Source: Neovahlkampfia damariscottae (Eukaryota). From it: DNA of 64,000 nucleotides. The stretch is from NCBI GenBank assembly GCA_016618085.1, contig JABLTG010000012.1, forward strand, positions 124,001-188,000, in the 5' to 3' direction. The position numbers were made by a program, and so were the translations under genes. This document shows, in pieces, positions 41,759 to 52,692 of the stretch (position 1 is the stretch's first letter; each line of letters starts with the position of its first letter). The notes under the pieces are model-generated. The model saw only the letters and a list, made by a program, of their open reading frames with translations, searched no databases and was not told where the DNA came from.

Positions 41759-42472
41759 ATGAAAGCAAAATTTTTTATCAACCAAGAAATCAGGAGATTA
41801 TCCATTGACGAAAATACTTCCTTTGAACAACTAAAAAACATCATTGAAGATTTTTGGTTATCACAAAATCCAAATGACAAACAATCACTTCAAACTCTTA
41901 GTTTCAGATATTTGGATACAGATGAAGACTGGGTGCGTTTTTCTACTGCTGAAGAATGGAAAGATGCTTTAACAAATGTCAAAGAAGTTTTAAAGGTCAA
42001 AATTGAAAAAGAAAGTGAAATGAAACCAAAACACCAACCAAAAGTAAATGAAGAAAATGTAAATCAACCAAAACACCAACATAACTCACAACCTCAATTT
42101 CCGAACTTTTCTCAACAAGGACAACAAGGAAATGGAATGGATTTTATTCAACAATTTTTAACACCTGAAAATATTCAAATGGCTCAAAATATGTTCTCAC
42201 AGTTCACACAAGGTCAAAATCAAAATGATTTTATGAACATGTTTCAACAAGGACAACAGAATGGTCAACCAGCAAATATGTTTCCATTTTTCCAAACACC
42301 AGAACAATACCAAAAACAACCTGAAAAGAAAAATCTTTCTGATGAAGAAGTAAAATCTTTGAATGAACAATTACTTGGAATGGGATTTATAGATTCATCA
42401 ATGAATGAATCTCTTTTAAAAAAATATGAAGGAAATGTAGAAAAAGTTGTAAATCATCTCATATCTTTATAA
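41759..42472 (+). CDS. PB1 + UBA protein (p62/NBR1-like autophagy receptor)
   Basis: N-terminal KAKF..EIRR and YLDTDEDWV (PB1), Q/N-rich linker, C-terminal LLGMGF...LLKKYEGNVEKVV (UBA). Confidence 0.8.
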   Translation: MKAKFFINQEIRRLSIDENTSFEQLKNIIEDFWLSQNPNDKQSLQTLSFRYLDTDEDWVRFSTAEEWKDALTNVKEVLKVKIEKESEMKPKHQPKVNEENVNQPKHQHNSQPQFPNFSQQGQQGNGMDFIQQFLTPENIQMAQNMFSQFTQGQNQNDFMNMFQQGQQNGQPANMFPFFQTPEQYQKQPEKKNLSDEEVKSLNEQLLGMGFIDSSMNESLLKKYEGNVEKVVNHLISL

Positions 42473-42539
42473 ATTTTAATTGTTTTATATTTGTTTTTTT
42501 CCACCTACCAATAAAAACCCAGTTTATACCCAACAGAAG

Positions 42540-43118
42540 ATGTTCCGTAGAGCTTGGACAAGTTATAAACAATTGAATGAAAAAAGTCCATTGGCAACTA
42601 AAATGATTACAACAGGTGGAATTTATTTTGCTGGTGAAGTTACTGGACAATTCGTTCAGAAAAAAATAAAAAAAAAAGAAAAAAAATTTGATTATAAAAA
42701 TCTCTTCAGAATGACTTTCTTTGGAACTATAATATTGGCACCATATTTACATTATTATTTCAAAGGTCTTGATAAATTAATTACTTTACCTGGTAACAAA
42801 GGAGTCTTTGGAAAATTATTATTCGATCAAACAGTTGGTTCATCTATTTTTTGTGTTGGATTTCCAACTTATTTGACTTTAACAAGAGGTGGTAGTTTAC
42901 AAGAAGTAAAGAATTACTTGAAGGATAATTTTATGAAACTTGTAAATTTCACATTTTTTCACACATTTCTTTATTAGTTGTATGCGAATTGGAAACTTTG
43001 GCCTGCTGTTAATTTTATAACTTTTGCTTTTGTACCTATGAATTTAAGAGTGTTATTTGTAAATGTTGCTGCATTCTTTTGGACAATAGTGTTATCATTG
43101 ATGACTTCTGAAGATTGA
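42540..43118 (+). CDS. Mpv17/PMP22 family membrane protein
   Basis: PLATKMITTG..AGEVTGQ, KLLFDQT and WKLWPAVNFITFAFVP. One intron. Confidence 0.9.
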
Positions 43119-43235
43119 AGCAATTTTATGTTAGAAATAAAATGAATTTTCAAATAGTTAACAATATGTTGCTTCATTTTCATTTTTGATTTTGTTTGGT
43201 CATTGGTTGAATTTTTGACAAATCAAACCTCCTCA

Positions 43236-44285
43236 ATGACTTCAGCAGCAAAACAACTTTCTCTTGACTTTTCAAACTTATTTCATGACAAAACTATTTC
43301 AGATTTTGAAATATCAATCAAAAATGATGACAAAACAACCTTTGGACCAGACTCACATTTTTCAGTTCATCTTTGTATTCTAATTCAAAGATGGAAATCA
43401 TTCAGAGACCAACACATAAAAAAACAAACAAAAGAAGAAATCATTGAAAAAACCAGAAAAATGAAAAACAAAAAAAAAACATTCAAAAATTTGAATTCTT
43501 TGATTGTCCAAAAAATTTTGTTTTTTTTATACACTAATAATTTGAATATATTCAAAAATGTTTCAGTAGAAGATTTAAATTATCATTTAGATAAATTGGG
43601 TTTAGAAGAAGAGTATTTCAAAAGTGCAAAAGTCCGTGAATCAATTGTTGCAGAGAAATTTTATTTGTTGGATTTTTCATCACAATTTGAAGAAGAAACT
43701 AAAGATTTAACAGATTCAATGGTAGTTAAAATAGCTATGAGTTCAATAACAGATTTTAATATCGAATCAAAAAATTGGAGTATTCCTTGTCATCGCTCCA
43801 TTTTGAAGCATCGTTCTGAGTATTTCAAAGCAATGTTTTCAGAAAAATTTCAACAAGAAAATTGTTTAATTTTGGATGAAATGGAACAATTTATAATGAT
43901 AGAAATGATAAATTATCTGTATTGCACAAAAATCAACTTTTCCATTCAGAATTGTGTTGGATTAACATTTTGTTCGAATATGTTTTCTGCTAAAGAGATT
44001 GAATTACAATCAACAAAATATTTGATTAATTCATTGAATTTAGATATTGTTTTTGATGCTTTAAATTTAACAGAATTTTTACAATCCAATAAAACGGAAT
44101 TGAAACAAGAATGTTTGAAATATTTGATTCAACATTCATATGATGATGAAGAAAAATTCATGGAATTTTATCAAAAAATTGAGAATACTGAATACAAAGA
44201 AGAATTCAAATCTATTAGATTGACATTAAAAAATCAAAAAGATCTCAAAAATGGACCAAATGAGAAACTTCAATATTTTTTCTAA
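43236..44285 (+). CDS. Tandem BTB/POZ domain protein
   Basis: SDFEI..VHLCILIQR and IPCHRSILKHRSEYFKAMF. Confidence 0.8.
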   Translation: MTSAAKQLSLDFSNLFHDKTISDFEISIKNDDKTTFGPDSHFSVHLCILIQRWKSFRDQHIKKQTKEEIIEKTRKMKNKKKTFKNLNSLIVQKILFFLYTNNLNIFKNVSVEDLNYHLDKLGLEEEYFKSAKVRESIVAEKFYLLDFSSQFEEETKDLTDSMVVKIAMSSITDFNIESKNWSIPCHRSILKHRSEYFKAMFSEKFQQENCLILDEMEQFIMIEMINYLYCTKINFSIQNCVGLTFCSNMFSAKEIELQSTKYLINSLNLDIVFDALNLTEFLQSNKTELKQECLKYLIQHSYDDEEKFMEFYQKIENTEYKEEFKSIRLTLKNQKDLKNGPNEKLQYFF

Positions 44286-44329
44286 GAAAAAGAGAAGAAA
44301 AACTTGATTTCCCAAATATTAATTTTTTA

Positions 44330-45412
44330 TTAATTTGAACAAGTATAAAAATAATAATTTTGCAAAACCAACATATACTCAACAATATTAACAACAAGAG
44401 GTCCAAGTGCTGGAACATTTTTGAGTTTGTTACAAATTGCAACAATAATTGGTTTCAATGATTCATTAAATAATGGATTTCTAACAAGATAATAATATAA
44501 CGAAGAATATCTTCTGTATAATTCATCTTTTACAATAGAACCTCTTCCTTGAACATCTGATAAAGAAAGTTGTCTTGAAATCAAATCTGTCAAAAATGAA
44601 ATAACCAATGGAGTCCATGAATCATTACCCCATTTCATTAATGATAAAACATAGATACATGGTCTTAGTGCAAAAATCATTTCACCAAAAATGAAATTTT
44701 TTGATTGTCCTCCTGTAGTTGATTTAACAACAAGTAAATTTTCTTTTCTCAAAGAAGGAACTTTGTAATTCAAAGTTGGCATAAGTTTTCCTGTTCTTTT
44801 ACCAATAGGTTCTGCATTTAATGAATCAAATGTTTTTGAAAATTTTCCGTTTCTTTCTGAATCTCTTTGGTTTTCTTGATATTCTAAATTGAGTTGAAAA
44901 TCATTTGGAAGAATAGTATCTTCAATCATGACATTATATTTTGATTTATATATGATGAATAATCTTGTAAATGCTCTTGAGAAAAATGTTAATTTTTTTT
45001 TGAAATTTGTTACTTCAATGATTCAATGAGTAGAATGACTTTCCAAACATTAGATTCTTTAAATGATTTCTTTTTTAAATAAAGTTCAATGACAACTTGG
45101 ATAGTTTGTAAAAATCTTAAAAAGTAACTTAAAAAAGATAAAAAAAAAAAAAAATTTGTTATACGAAATTTTCTTATAAATTGAAAATCTTTCATCTTGA
45201 AGAAGTAATTTATTAGTAACTGATTTCCTATCTAATAAATTTTCATGGTATAAAGAAACTAAATTTAAACCAGTATAAGCTAATTCAGTTCTGACTTCAT
45301 CTTCAGGGTTTATCGTAAATAGAACAATGAATCTTCCTACAGATTCAATAGTTTCAATTATTTTTTGATTTTTTAAAATAAAATTTTCATAGGAAGAAAT
45401 TAATGAGCTCAT
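44330..45412 (-). CDS. PEX16: Peroxisomal biogenesis factor 16, multi-exon
   Basis: YENFILKN..IES, ELAYTGLNLVSLYHE, GEMIFALRPCIYV..SWTP and ELYRR..YYLVRNPLF. Confidence 0.85.
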
Positions 45413-45981
45413 ACCTTTCACCCTTGTTTGTTTGAAAATTCCGGAACAATTTTAACCAATCAAATTATAGGATTTATCAAAGAGAGTAAAGGATGATTTT
45501 GCCAATTTTAATGATGTTTCAAATCTTATTTGGTGGTTCTTTGTATGCTACTAATGTTTTGATAAATTTACGTTTGAAAAACCAAAAGTTCAAAAAATTT
45601 TCAACTTTGTTTCTTCATATGCTTTCTCAGATAACTTTACAAAGAGTGGTGACTACTTTTCATTTGTCTGATGAATATTTCAATAAATTCTCATTGATTA
45701 ACACTAAAAGTCCGTTGAAAGGAAAACAATGTAAAGAAGCATTTTTTTTAAAATTTTTTTTTTAGTAATTGTTCATCAGGAAAGAGTTCATGAAATAAAA
45801 GATTTCAAAATCGAAGAAGAACCTCAAATACACCATTTTCCAACTAGAAAATATAGTATGGATCAATATAAATTATACTTTCCTGATTTTTTAACACAAG
45901 AGTGAAATGTTCAAAAAGTAAAGTGTAAAAATACTTCGGAAAAGAATTTTTCTATTTTCAAATAAAAATTTGATTTATTAA

Positions 45982-46620
45982 CTATTCAATATTTAAAACT
46001 TCTTTCCAATGCTTGAATGGATATTCCAAATTATCAGGATGTAATTCAGGAATATTTATATCTAAAAATGTTTTCATTTCCAAGTAAAGAAATTCATTTC
46101 CTGAATCCTCTAAATGTAATCCATCCTCCAAAAAATCTTCCCATTTGAATTGCATTTGAACTGTTTCCCAGAAATTCAAAAAAAAAACTTTTTCTTCTTC
46201 AGAGATTTTTTTGACCATTTCCATATATTTTTGTAATGTATCAACTTTTCTATATTTTTCTCTTTCTTCATCAACAGGTGGTGGTGAAATTAATATTATA
46301 TGAGCTTTAGGACATTGTTTTTTTACCACTTGAATTATTTTTGTCAAATTTGAATAGAATTTATCAACAGAAACATTTTGAGCACCTTCAGCTGAATCAT
46401 TAGAACCCATTAAAACAGTGACTAAATTTGCTTTTGAGAATGGTTCAAGAATTTCATCAACCAAAGGTAACAACATTTCAGTGTTGTATCCAGAATAACC
46501 TCTGTTGAGAATATCAACTTTTACACCATACTTTTCAATTAAACGTTGACACCAACCGTTTTTCAAATGTCCTCTTTCTGTGAGACTATCACCTAATGTA
46601 ACGATTAGTGGACGAGACAT
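45982..46620 (-). CDS. IAH1: SGNH/GDSL esterase (isoamyl acetate-hydrolysing esterase-like)
   Basis: GDSLT, NRGYSGYNT, GSND and DGLH. Confidence 0.88.
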   Translation of the reverse strand: MSRPLIVTLGDSLTERGHLKNGWCQRLIEKYGVKVDILNRGYSGYNTEMLLPLVDEILEPFSKANLVTVLMGSNDSAEGAQNVSVDKFYSNLTKIIQVVKKQCPKAHIILISPPPVDEEREKYRKVDTLQKYMEMVKKISEEEKVFFLNFWETVQMQFKWEDFLEDGLHLEDSGNEFLYLEMKTFLDINIPELHPDNLEYPFKHWKEVLNIE

Positions 46621-46747
46621 TTGTTGATTGGTTGTTTTTTTTTTCTTGTTGAATAAAACTACCTTATTAGAATGTATTTAGAGAAAATTTCACTTAATAT
46701 TGCATTTTGTTGCTGAAGTTTTTGTAGTCCAATCGTTCTGTTTTATC

Positions 46748-48583
46748 ATGAAAAGCAAACAACAAACCAAACATTTGCTCAGGAGTTTTTCAAGTTTGTC
46801 CAAAAATTTGAGAAAGATTGAAAACAACAAAGAGATTTTTCAATTAGATAATTTTTTGGAAAAAAAGAAAATTCACAAATTTGAAGAGGACAGATGGCCA
46901 ATTTTCAAAAGAGAAAAAGAAGAATATTATTTAGAAAACTATCTCAAAAGTTCAAATATCAAAAAAAATTCAGTTTTTGTTGTCGGACCAGATGGTCATG
47001 GAAAGTCAACTTTGATCAACAAGTTTTTTTATTTTTTATTAAAAATTTTTGAAAGTGTGGTTCAAAAACTGTCAGATATGAAGAATATAATTATTTTAGA
47101 ACTGAACTTTGAAGATTTCTTTTTAAAAAAAAATCAAAAAAACAATTTAACATTTGATGAATTTATTCAATTTTTTGATGACAGATTGTTCAATGAATTA
47201 ATGAAAGTTGATGAAAAATATGGATTGAATATTGAACATATATTTGATGTTTTAAATGAAAAAAATAATTTTAATTACTCTTTATGTCAAATTGTTGAAG
47301 AAGATGATTTATTCACAAATGAAGAAATTAAAAAAGAGCATGAAAAATTGAAAGAAGATTTATTCAAAAATTCATCAAAAAAATTATTCTTAGATTATGT
47401 TAAACATAAAAATGTAGATAATTCATTCAAATTTGCACTTGAACTTTCATTTGATTTGTTAAAAAAAAAGTAAACTAATTTAAAGAATTTGACAATTTCA
47501 TCAAAGAGAGAATTATACAATGAGAACTGGAAGAGAAATTTGGGAGTTTTTTATGTCATTTTTAGAATTTATAGCTGTTCAAAAAGATATTCAACCAAAG
47601 TTAATCATCAAAGACATTCAACTTTTAGATTTATTTTCAAAATCTGTTTCACTCAGATTCAAAGAAAAATACATTCAATTAGATGATTCATCACTCGAAG
47701 AATTCAGAGGACCAGATTTACATGATCAAATATTACTCAGGATTGTTGTAAGTTCGAACTTAGTTCTAAAATTTCACAGGGTATTTACATTGATCCTTCA
47801 ATTCCAATGATTATTGAAACTTCAGGAAATTATTACAATTATCAATTTAAAGAAGAATTTAAATTGGATGTTGATCAAATTGAATTTTTAGAAGTCAAAG
47901 AGATGGATCATGTGCAAATTGCAAATCTATTTTTAAAAGTATTTACTAAAGAAGAGTTTTATCCTATATATGATAAAGTAGGAGGTAATCTTGAAAAATT
48001 GAAAGATTTTATGACAATTTATTTGAATATAAATGAATATCCAAAAGAATTTGAAAAACGATCATTTCCTGAACTAAAGTATGCCATTTCTCTATTTTTG
48101 CAAAAAGAGAAAGACAATTTCCTCAAGAAAATGACATCAGCACAATTATTAATATGTAAATACACAGCAGAAGAAGATGGTAAAGAAATGGAATACGAAT
48201 TCAATCATGAAAAAGTTGAATTTCAACTAGTCGATTTGATTGAGAAAGTCTTGAGCTCTCGCACAAGAGGAATTCTTGAAAGACAATATTTAGAAACAAT
48301 TGATGTTCAAATGTCAATACCTGGATCAGCTTTGATCAATTCTGATATTTTTTATTACAATATTGAAAAAGAGGTGATCACATTTTATCATCGATCATAC
48401 TTCAATCTTATGACAAATTTTATAAGTGAAAAATTTGAAGAATGGGGAAAATTGAAATACTACAAGTTTAGAGGTTGGCAAAAATTTTATGGCCTAGCGG
48501 TCAATGTTTATAAAAAACCTGAAGACAATTTTTTTGTGGAGACCAAATACAAATTGAATAAGTCCAAACCAGAGAATTATTAA
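46748..48583 (+). CDS. P-loop NTPase-domain protein, multi-exon, with presequence-like N-terminus
   Basis: VVGPDGHGKST Walker A, LIIKDIQ Walker-B-like and VGGN motifs. Confidence 0.6.
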
Positions 48584-48593
48584 AAAAACTTTT

Positions 48594-49127
48594 TTATTGT
48601 TCAAAGTTGGAAAGAGCTGATCCATATACATCTGATATTGTTTCTGTGATGGAAGAAGTTTTTTTGCTTATCCAATTCTTCAAATCATCTTTTTTTTTTT
48701 CTTGAAATTCATACAATGATTCAACAAATGGATATGTTGAAATATAATTTCCTGCAATTGATTTAGTTATATCGTATGTTGATATTAAACCAGATGCCAC
48801 TCCTAATTTATTTCTGATTAATAAATGATGAGTTTCTGCTTCAACCATTTTTTTTGACACAGTTTCTATGTCATCCTCTTCATCAGCGTATAAAATTTTT
48901 CTTGACATAATTCTACTAATTTCTGTATCTTTTGGTAAACCGGAACCATAAGCATCTAAAATATCATAAGTAGTTACAATTCCAGAAAAGACTAATTCAT
49001 CCTTTTGAACCAAAACAGAACTTATATTTCTTGTGGTAAGAATTGTTATAACTTGTTCTATAGGTGTATTTTCTTCACAAGTGGCAAGTGATTCTTTCAC
49101 CACCATGATCTCTTTTGCCTTCACCAT
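48594..49127 (-). CDS. CBS-domain pair protein
   Basis: NISSVLV..GIVTTYDI and HHLLI..GLISTYDI. Confidence 0.85.
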   Translation of the reverse strand: MVKAKEIMVVKESLATCEENTPIEQVITILTTRNISSVLVQKDELVFSGIVTTYDILDAYGSGLPKDTEISRIMSRKILYADEEDDIETVSKKMVEAETHHLLIRNKLGVASGLISTYDITKSIAGNYISTYPFVESLYEFQEKKKDDLKNWISKKTSSITETISDVYGSALSNFEQ

Positions 49128-49467
49128 TTTGTTTTTGTTTGAAATTGAACTGATTCAATTGGCGGAATTCGTTTGTCTAATTAAAGGTAAAAATTTTATC
49201 AGTATGTCTGGTGAATACAGTCATGGATTTTCCTGAATATGCTTGTCTATGTTTTGTCTTCATGTGTAGGTTGCAATTAATTTTTCTGCAATAAAAAATT
49301 CAAAATGAATTTCAAAAAAATTGTGGGAGAGAAAAATTTTAAATCAGTACTCGATCTGTTACAATCATCGTGTTATCTTGAATATGCTTGTCTATTTTGT
49401 CATCATTCAAAGAATACATGATGAAAAAGTAAATCAAACTGAATTGAATAATAGAAAAATAATTTTG

Positions 49468-49473
49468 GTTTAT
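49468..49473 (+). repeat. Target-site duplication GTTTAT (left copy)
   Basis: Identical hexamer abuts the left TIR. Confidence 0.9.
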
Positions 49474-49873
49474 AGAAGTAGCAGGTCTATGACTTTTTTC
49501 AGTGACTAAATTTTGGAATTCAAAGACTATAAAAATTCCAGCTGTAGAATCATCCGGCCAATCGCACCCAGCACTAACAAATGTATAAAACAAACCTCTG
49601 TGCGTTAATCAAATAAACAGTTCAGGAAATCAACAACCAATAACAACCAACAGCTACAAAATCAACTTTCAAAATTTTGGAAATCAAACCAGGTTTGAAG
49701 GATTATATGTTTTGATTTTGTTTTAACAATTGGTTTTTGAAAAATAAAGGAAGAAGTGTAGTATAAAGTTGTTGTAAAGAGATTGAATTAATGTATTTTT
49801 AATTTGATTGCGAAAGTAATTGATTTAAAAATAACTTTTTCAAAATACAGGTTTGAAATGGATGAAAAAATAA
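49474..49873 (+). repeat. Left terminal inverted repeat
   Basis: 49474-49692 is the reverse complement of 53512-53730 with one mismatch (49476). Similarity continues with visible divergence to about 49873. Confidence 0.95.
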
Positions 49874-49989
49874 TGGATTCTTGATGAAGTTTAAAATAGT
49901 TAAGGAGATTTAAATTATTTTTTTGGAAATTTGGAGTGGTTGGGGAATTCCGGAAAATAAAAATTTGTTTCAAAACTACATTTATGAAG

Positions 49990-50181
49990 TTAACCATTAA
50001 TATTTTTTTCAAAACATTTTTTGTGTTTTTTGGTTCCTTCGTGTCTTGCTTTATGTTTTAACATGAATGTTCCACCGCAACAACAATCAAATTTTTCATC
50101 CATTTTCTCCTTATTTTTTTCGTAATATTCCTTATTCCATTGTCTAAGGTATTGCCTATTATTTTTTGGATGAACTTCCAT
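49990..50181 (-). CDS. Small basic zinc-finger protein (CxCG...H...H), virus-like
   Basis: EYYEKNKEK..FDCCCGGTFMLKHKARHEGTKKH. Preceded by the element's 22-bp motif. Confidence 0.65.
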   Translation of the reverse strand: MEVHPKNNRQYLRQWNKEYYEKNKEKMDEKFDCCCGGTFMLKHKARHEGTKKHKKCFEKNING

Positions 50182-50204
50182 TTTGTTTATACTCCTTGAT
50201 TCTA

Positions 50205-50226
50205 AGTCTTTAATTGAAATTCAATG
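50205..50226 (-). promoter_or_regulatory. Element-specific 22-bp motif CATTGAATTTCAATTAAAGACT (copy 1)
   Basis: Exact copy, 23 nt upstream of ATG 50181. Confidence 0.7.
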
Positions 50227-50374
50227 ACCATTTTAAAAAAAAAAAAAATTTTCAACCAATCATATTTTTTTGCTTGGTTTGAATTCAAACAACCGAAATT
50301 GAGACTTTAAAACAATGAAATATTAAAACAAAACTTTATGTCGTTCTTTCTCATTTGAAAATTCCTACTCCTAT

Positions 50375-50608
50375 ATGTTTTTGCCAGAGAGTGAGTTTAT
50401 TGAAAAAATGTATGAAGACCAAAATGGAATTTGCAAAATTTGTTTAAACCCAATAATTAAACCTTCAGTTGATAGAATCAACAACAACTATGGACACACA
50501 AAAAAAAATGTTCAATTGACTTGTTTCTTTGATCATGTTTTATATGGTGCTGCATTGATGATTGAAAAAAAATTGAAATTGGAAAAAATAAATTTGGAGG
50601 TTCAATAA
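50375..50608 (+). pseudogene. HNH-like (His-Me) endonuclease fragment
   Basis: QNGICKICLNP..PSVDRINNNYGHTKKNVQLTC. The expected terminal CxxCN is not completed. Confidence 0.6.
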
Positions 50609-50609
50609 T

Positions 50610-51477
50610 TTATATTGAAATTTTAATTGAAGATTTAACAAAATTTCCATCAACAACCGAAACATAGAATTTATTCAAAACGCTAATGTCAACTTTATCA
50701 TCGGAATCAATGTATATAACTCTTCCTGGTAATTCTTCTAGAGCTGATGCATCAAATTTATGAACATAACCAACTTGAAGCATTTCTACTTTTTTTCCAG
50801 AGACCATAACTTCCAATTTTTGATCTTTATTTTTGGTTTCGATATAAATTTTTGAAAGGTTACAAGAACGAATGAAATCATCATCAAAATCACGAGAAAA
50901 TTCCCATTCGAAGAATGGTTCATTTAAGAATTCTTTTTTTAAATCAACTTCTTGATATTGAAATTCGAGGGAATATTCTTTGAACGACGAAGTAATTTTG
51001 AATATAAATAATTCAGTTTCAATCACGCTGTGTCCAAGAAGAGTTGCACTATAATTCAAATCTTTGACATTTGTAACAGGAATTTGTCCTCAAAATGGTA
51101 TAATCTTCAATGGAGTTCTAAATGCTACTTGGGTAATTAATGTTGAAGGTAAAGTTGATGCATTTGAAGGTCTTCTAACAGGTTGTAGAAATTTCAAATT
51201 TAAACTTTCATCTTTTGGATATCGGTTGAAAGTAGTATAATTCACTGCAAGAGATTCTGAATGAATTATCTAGTTTCAATACTTGATCTAAATCAACATT
51301 TGTAGGTGATACTGATGTTTTGTTGATGATTTCAATATCAAAATCAACTTTACAATTAATCCAAGCTGTTTCACTGATACTATGATCAGTTGAAGGAGGT
51401 GGACATATGATTGAAACACTGGATCCTAAATTTTTTCCGTTGTATGGTTTTTCTCTGAAAGTTTTGGAGAAACTCAT
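50610..51477 (-). pseudogene. Disrupted beta-rich gene resembling a shortened virophage major capsid protein
   Basis: ATG 51477 MSFSKTF...SVSIICPPPSTDHSISETAWINCKVDFDI, a frameshift within 51210-51270, then FRTPLKIIPF*GQIPVTNVKDLNYSATL (TGA at 51090-51092) continuing in frame into ORF 50610-51059. Confidence 0.5.
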
Positions 51478-51558
51478 TGATTTATATATTAACACAAAAA
51501 ATTCTTTTAATTGAAAATAATTAAATCGAGATGAATTAATTATTTTATTTTTGAAAGT

Positions 51559-51580
51559 CATTGAATTTCAATTAAAGACT
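51559..51580 (+). promoter_or_regulatory. Element-specific 22-bp motif (copy 2)
   Basis: Exact copy, 42 nt upstream of ATG 51623. Confidence 0.7.
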
Positions 51581-51622
51581 CAAAAAAATATAAGGTCTAA
51601 AAAGTAATCAAAAAACATCAGC

Positions 51623-52617
51623 ATGTCAGTTTTCCAAAAATCAAAAATTTACAAAATTTTTAACTCACTTAACCCAAAAGTTTATGTAGGAAGTACAACA
51701 AAAGATTTATACACTCGTTTTAATGGACATAAAGCAACTGCTGAACGTGGTGATTGTATGAGTCGTGTTTTATTTAGAAAAGACCGAGAAAATTGCAAAA
51801 TTGAATTGATTGAAGATTATCCATGTAATAATGATATTGAACTTCGAAAAAGAGAAACTTTTTCGAAAGATCAACTTGATTGTGTGAATAAAAACAGACC
51901 AATCAGAACTGAAGAAAGTAAAAACAATATAACAAGGAATATGCAGAAAAACATAATTTAAATCAAAAATTTGTTTGTGAATGCGGTAAAAGATATACAA
52001 AAAGAAATATCAAATATCATCAAGATACAGATAAGCATAAAAAATGTGAGAAAAAACAAATGCAATTAACTTGGAAAGATATCCCAACAGAAATCGTAAG
52101 TGAACATATATTTCCTTGGATAATGCAATTTAAATTCAGAGATTGTAAAATTCCAAGAATGCTTATTGATTATACAAGAATTGAAAATCCAAACATGTTA
52201 ATTGAATACAATAAACTTGATATTTTCAGTGCTGCTCAAAATTTACAAGGATTATATGAAAAAATGAAATTTAATTATATTTCAAATATCGATTTCCAAA
52301 ATTATAAAGATAAGTTCTATTCAGTTCTCAAATATTGTAATGATTATGATCAAATGGATCGATTACCATTCTGTTTAATAATGGTGGAAGAAAGTAAAAA
52401 TGAAGATGAAGATATTACGACAGAACATAACGATTTGGACTTTTACAAAGCTGAACTTTTAAATGATGAATGGGATTTTTCAGAATATGAATTTTATTTG
52501 AAAGCATTACGTGATAAGATATTTCGTGAACAATTATTTGATAAATTATTAGTTGAACCTAGTTTATTACTTGAAATGAAATTTTGTGATGACTCTGATT
52601 GGTCGAAAAATAAATAA
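51623..52617 (+). pseudogene. GIY-YIG endonuclease joined by one frameshift to a CxCG zinc finger and a C-terminal region starting with an F-box-like motif
   Basis: KIYKI..VYVGSTT..RFNGHK..IELIEDYPC..LRKRE. The second frame is open from 51922 (KQYNKEY..FVCECGKRY..HQDTDKH) directly into ORF 52060-52617 (WKDIPTEIVSEHIFPW). Confidence 0.75.
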
Positions 52618-52638
52618 TTAATTTTTTTTAAAAAAGGA

Positions 52639-52660
52639 CATTGAATTTCAATTAAAGACT
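52639..52660 (+). promoter_or_regulatory. Element-specific 22-bp motif (copy 3)
   Basis: Exact copy, 32 nt upstream of ATG 52693. Confidence 0.7.
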
Positions 52661-52692
52661 TAAAAATTATAAGGTATACAAAAAAAATCTCA

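Noticed and set aside
49234..49395. 17-bp direct repeat TGAATATGCTTGTCTAT (49234 and 49379) left of the element
   Set aside because: Only two copies, outside the TSD. Probably a decayed local duplication; not a CRISPR array or part of the element.
49339..50012. ORFs 49339-49593 and 49788-50012
   Set aside because: They overlap the TIR or cross the element boundary and have no ATG-supported coding signal; likely spurious.
38961..51092. In-frame TAA/TGA as evidence of an alternative genetic code
   Set aside because: Conserved host genes end at standard stops and have none internally once introns are removed; these two cases sit in otherwise damaged genes.
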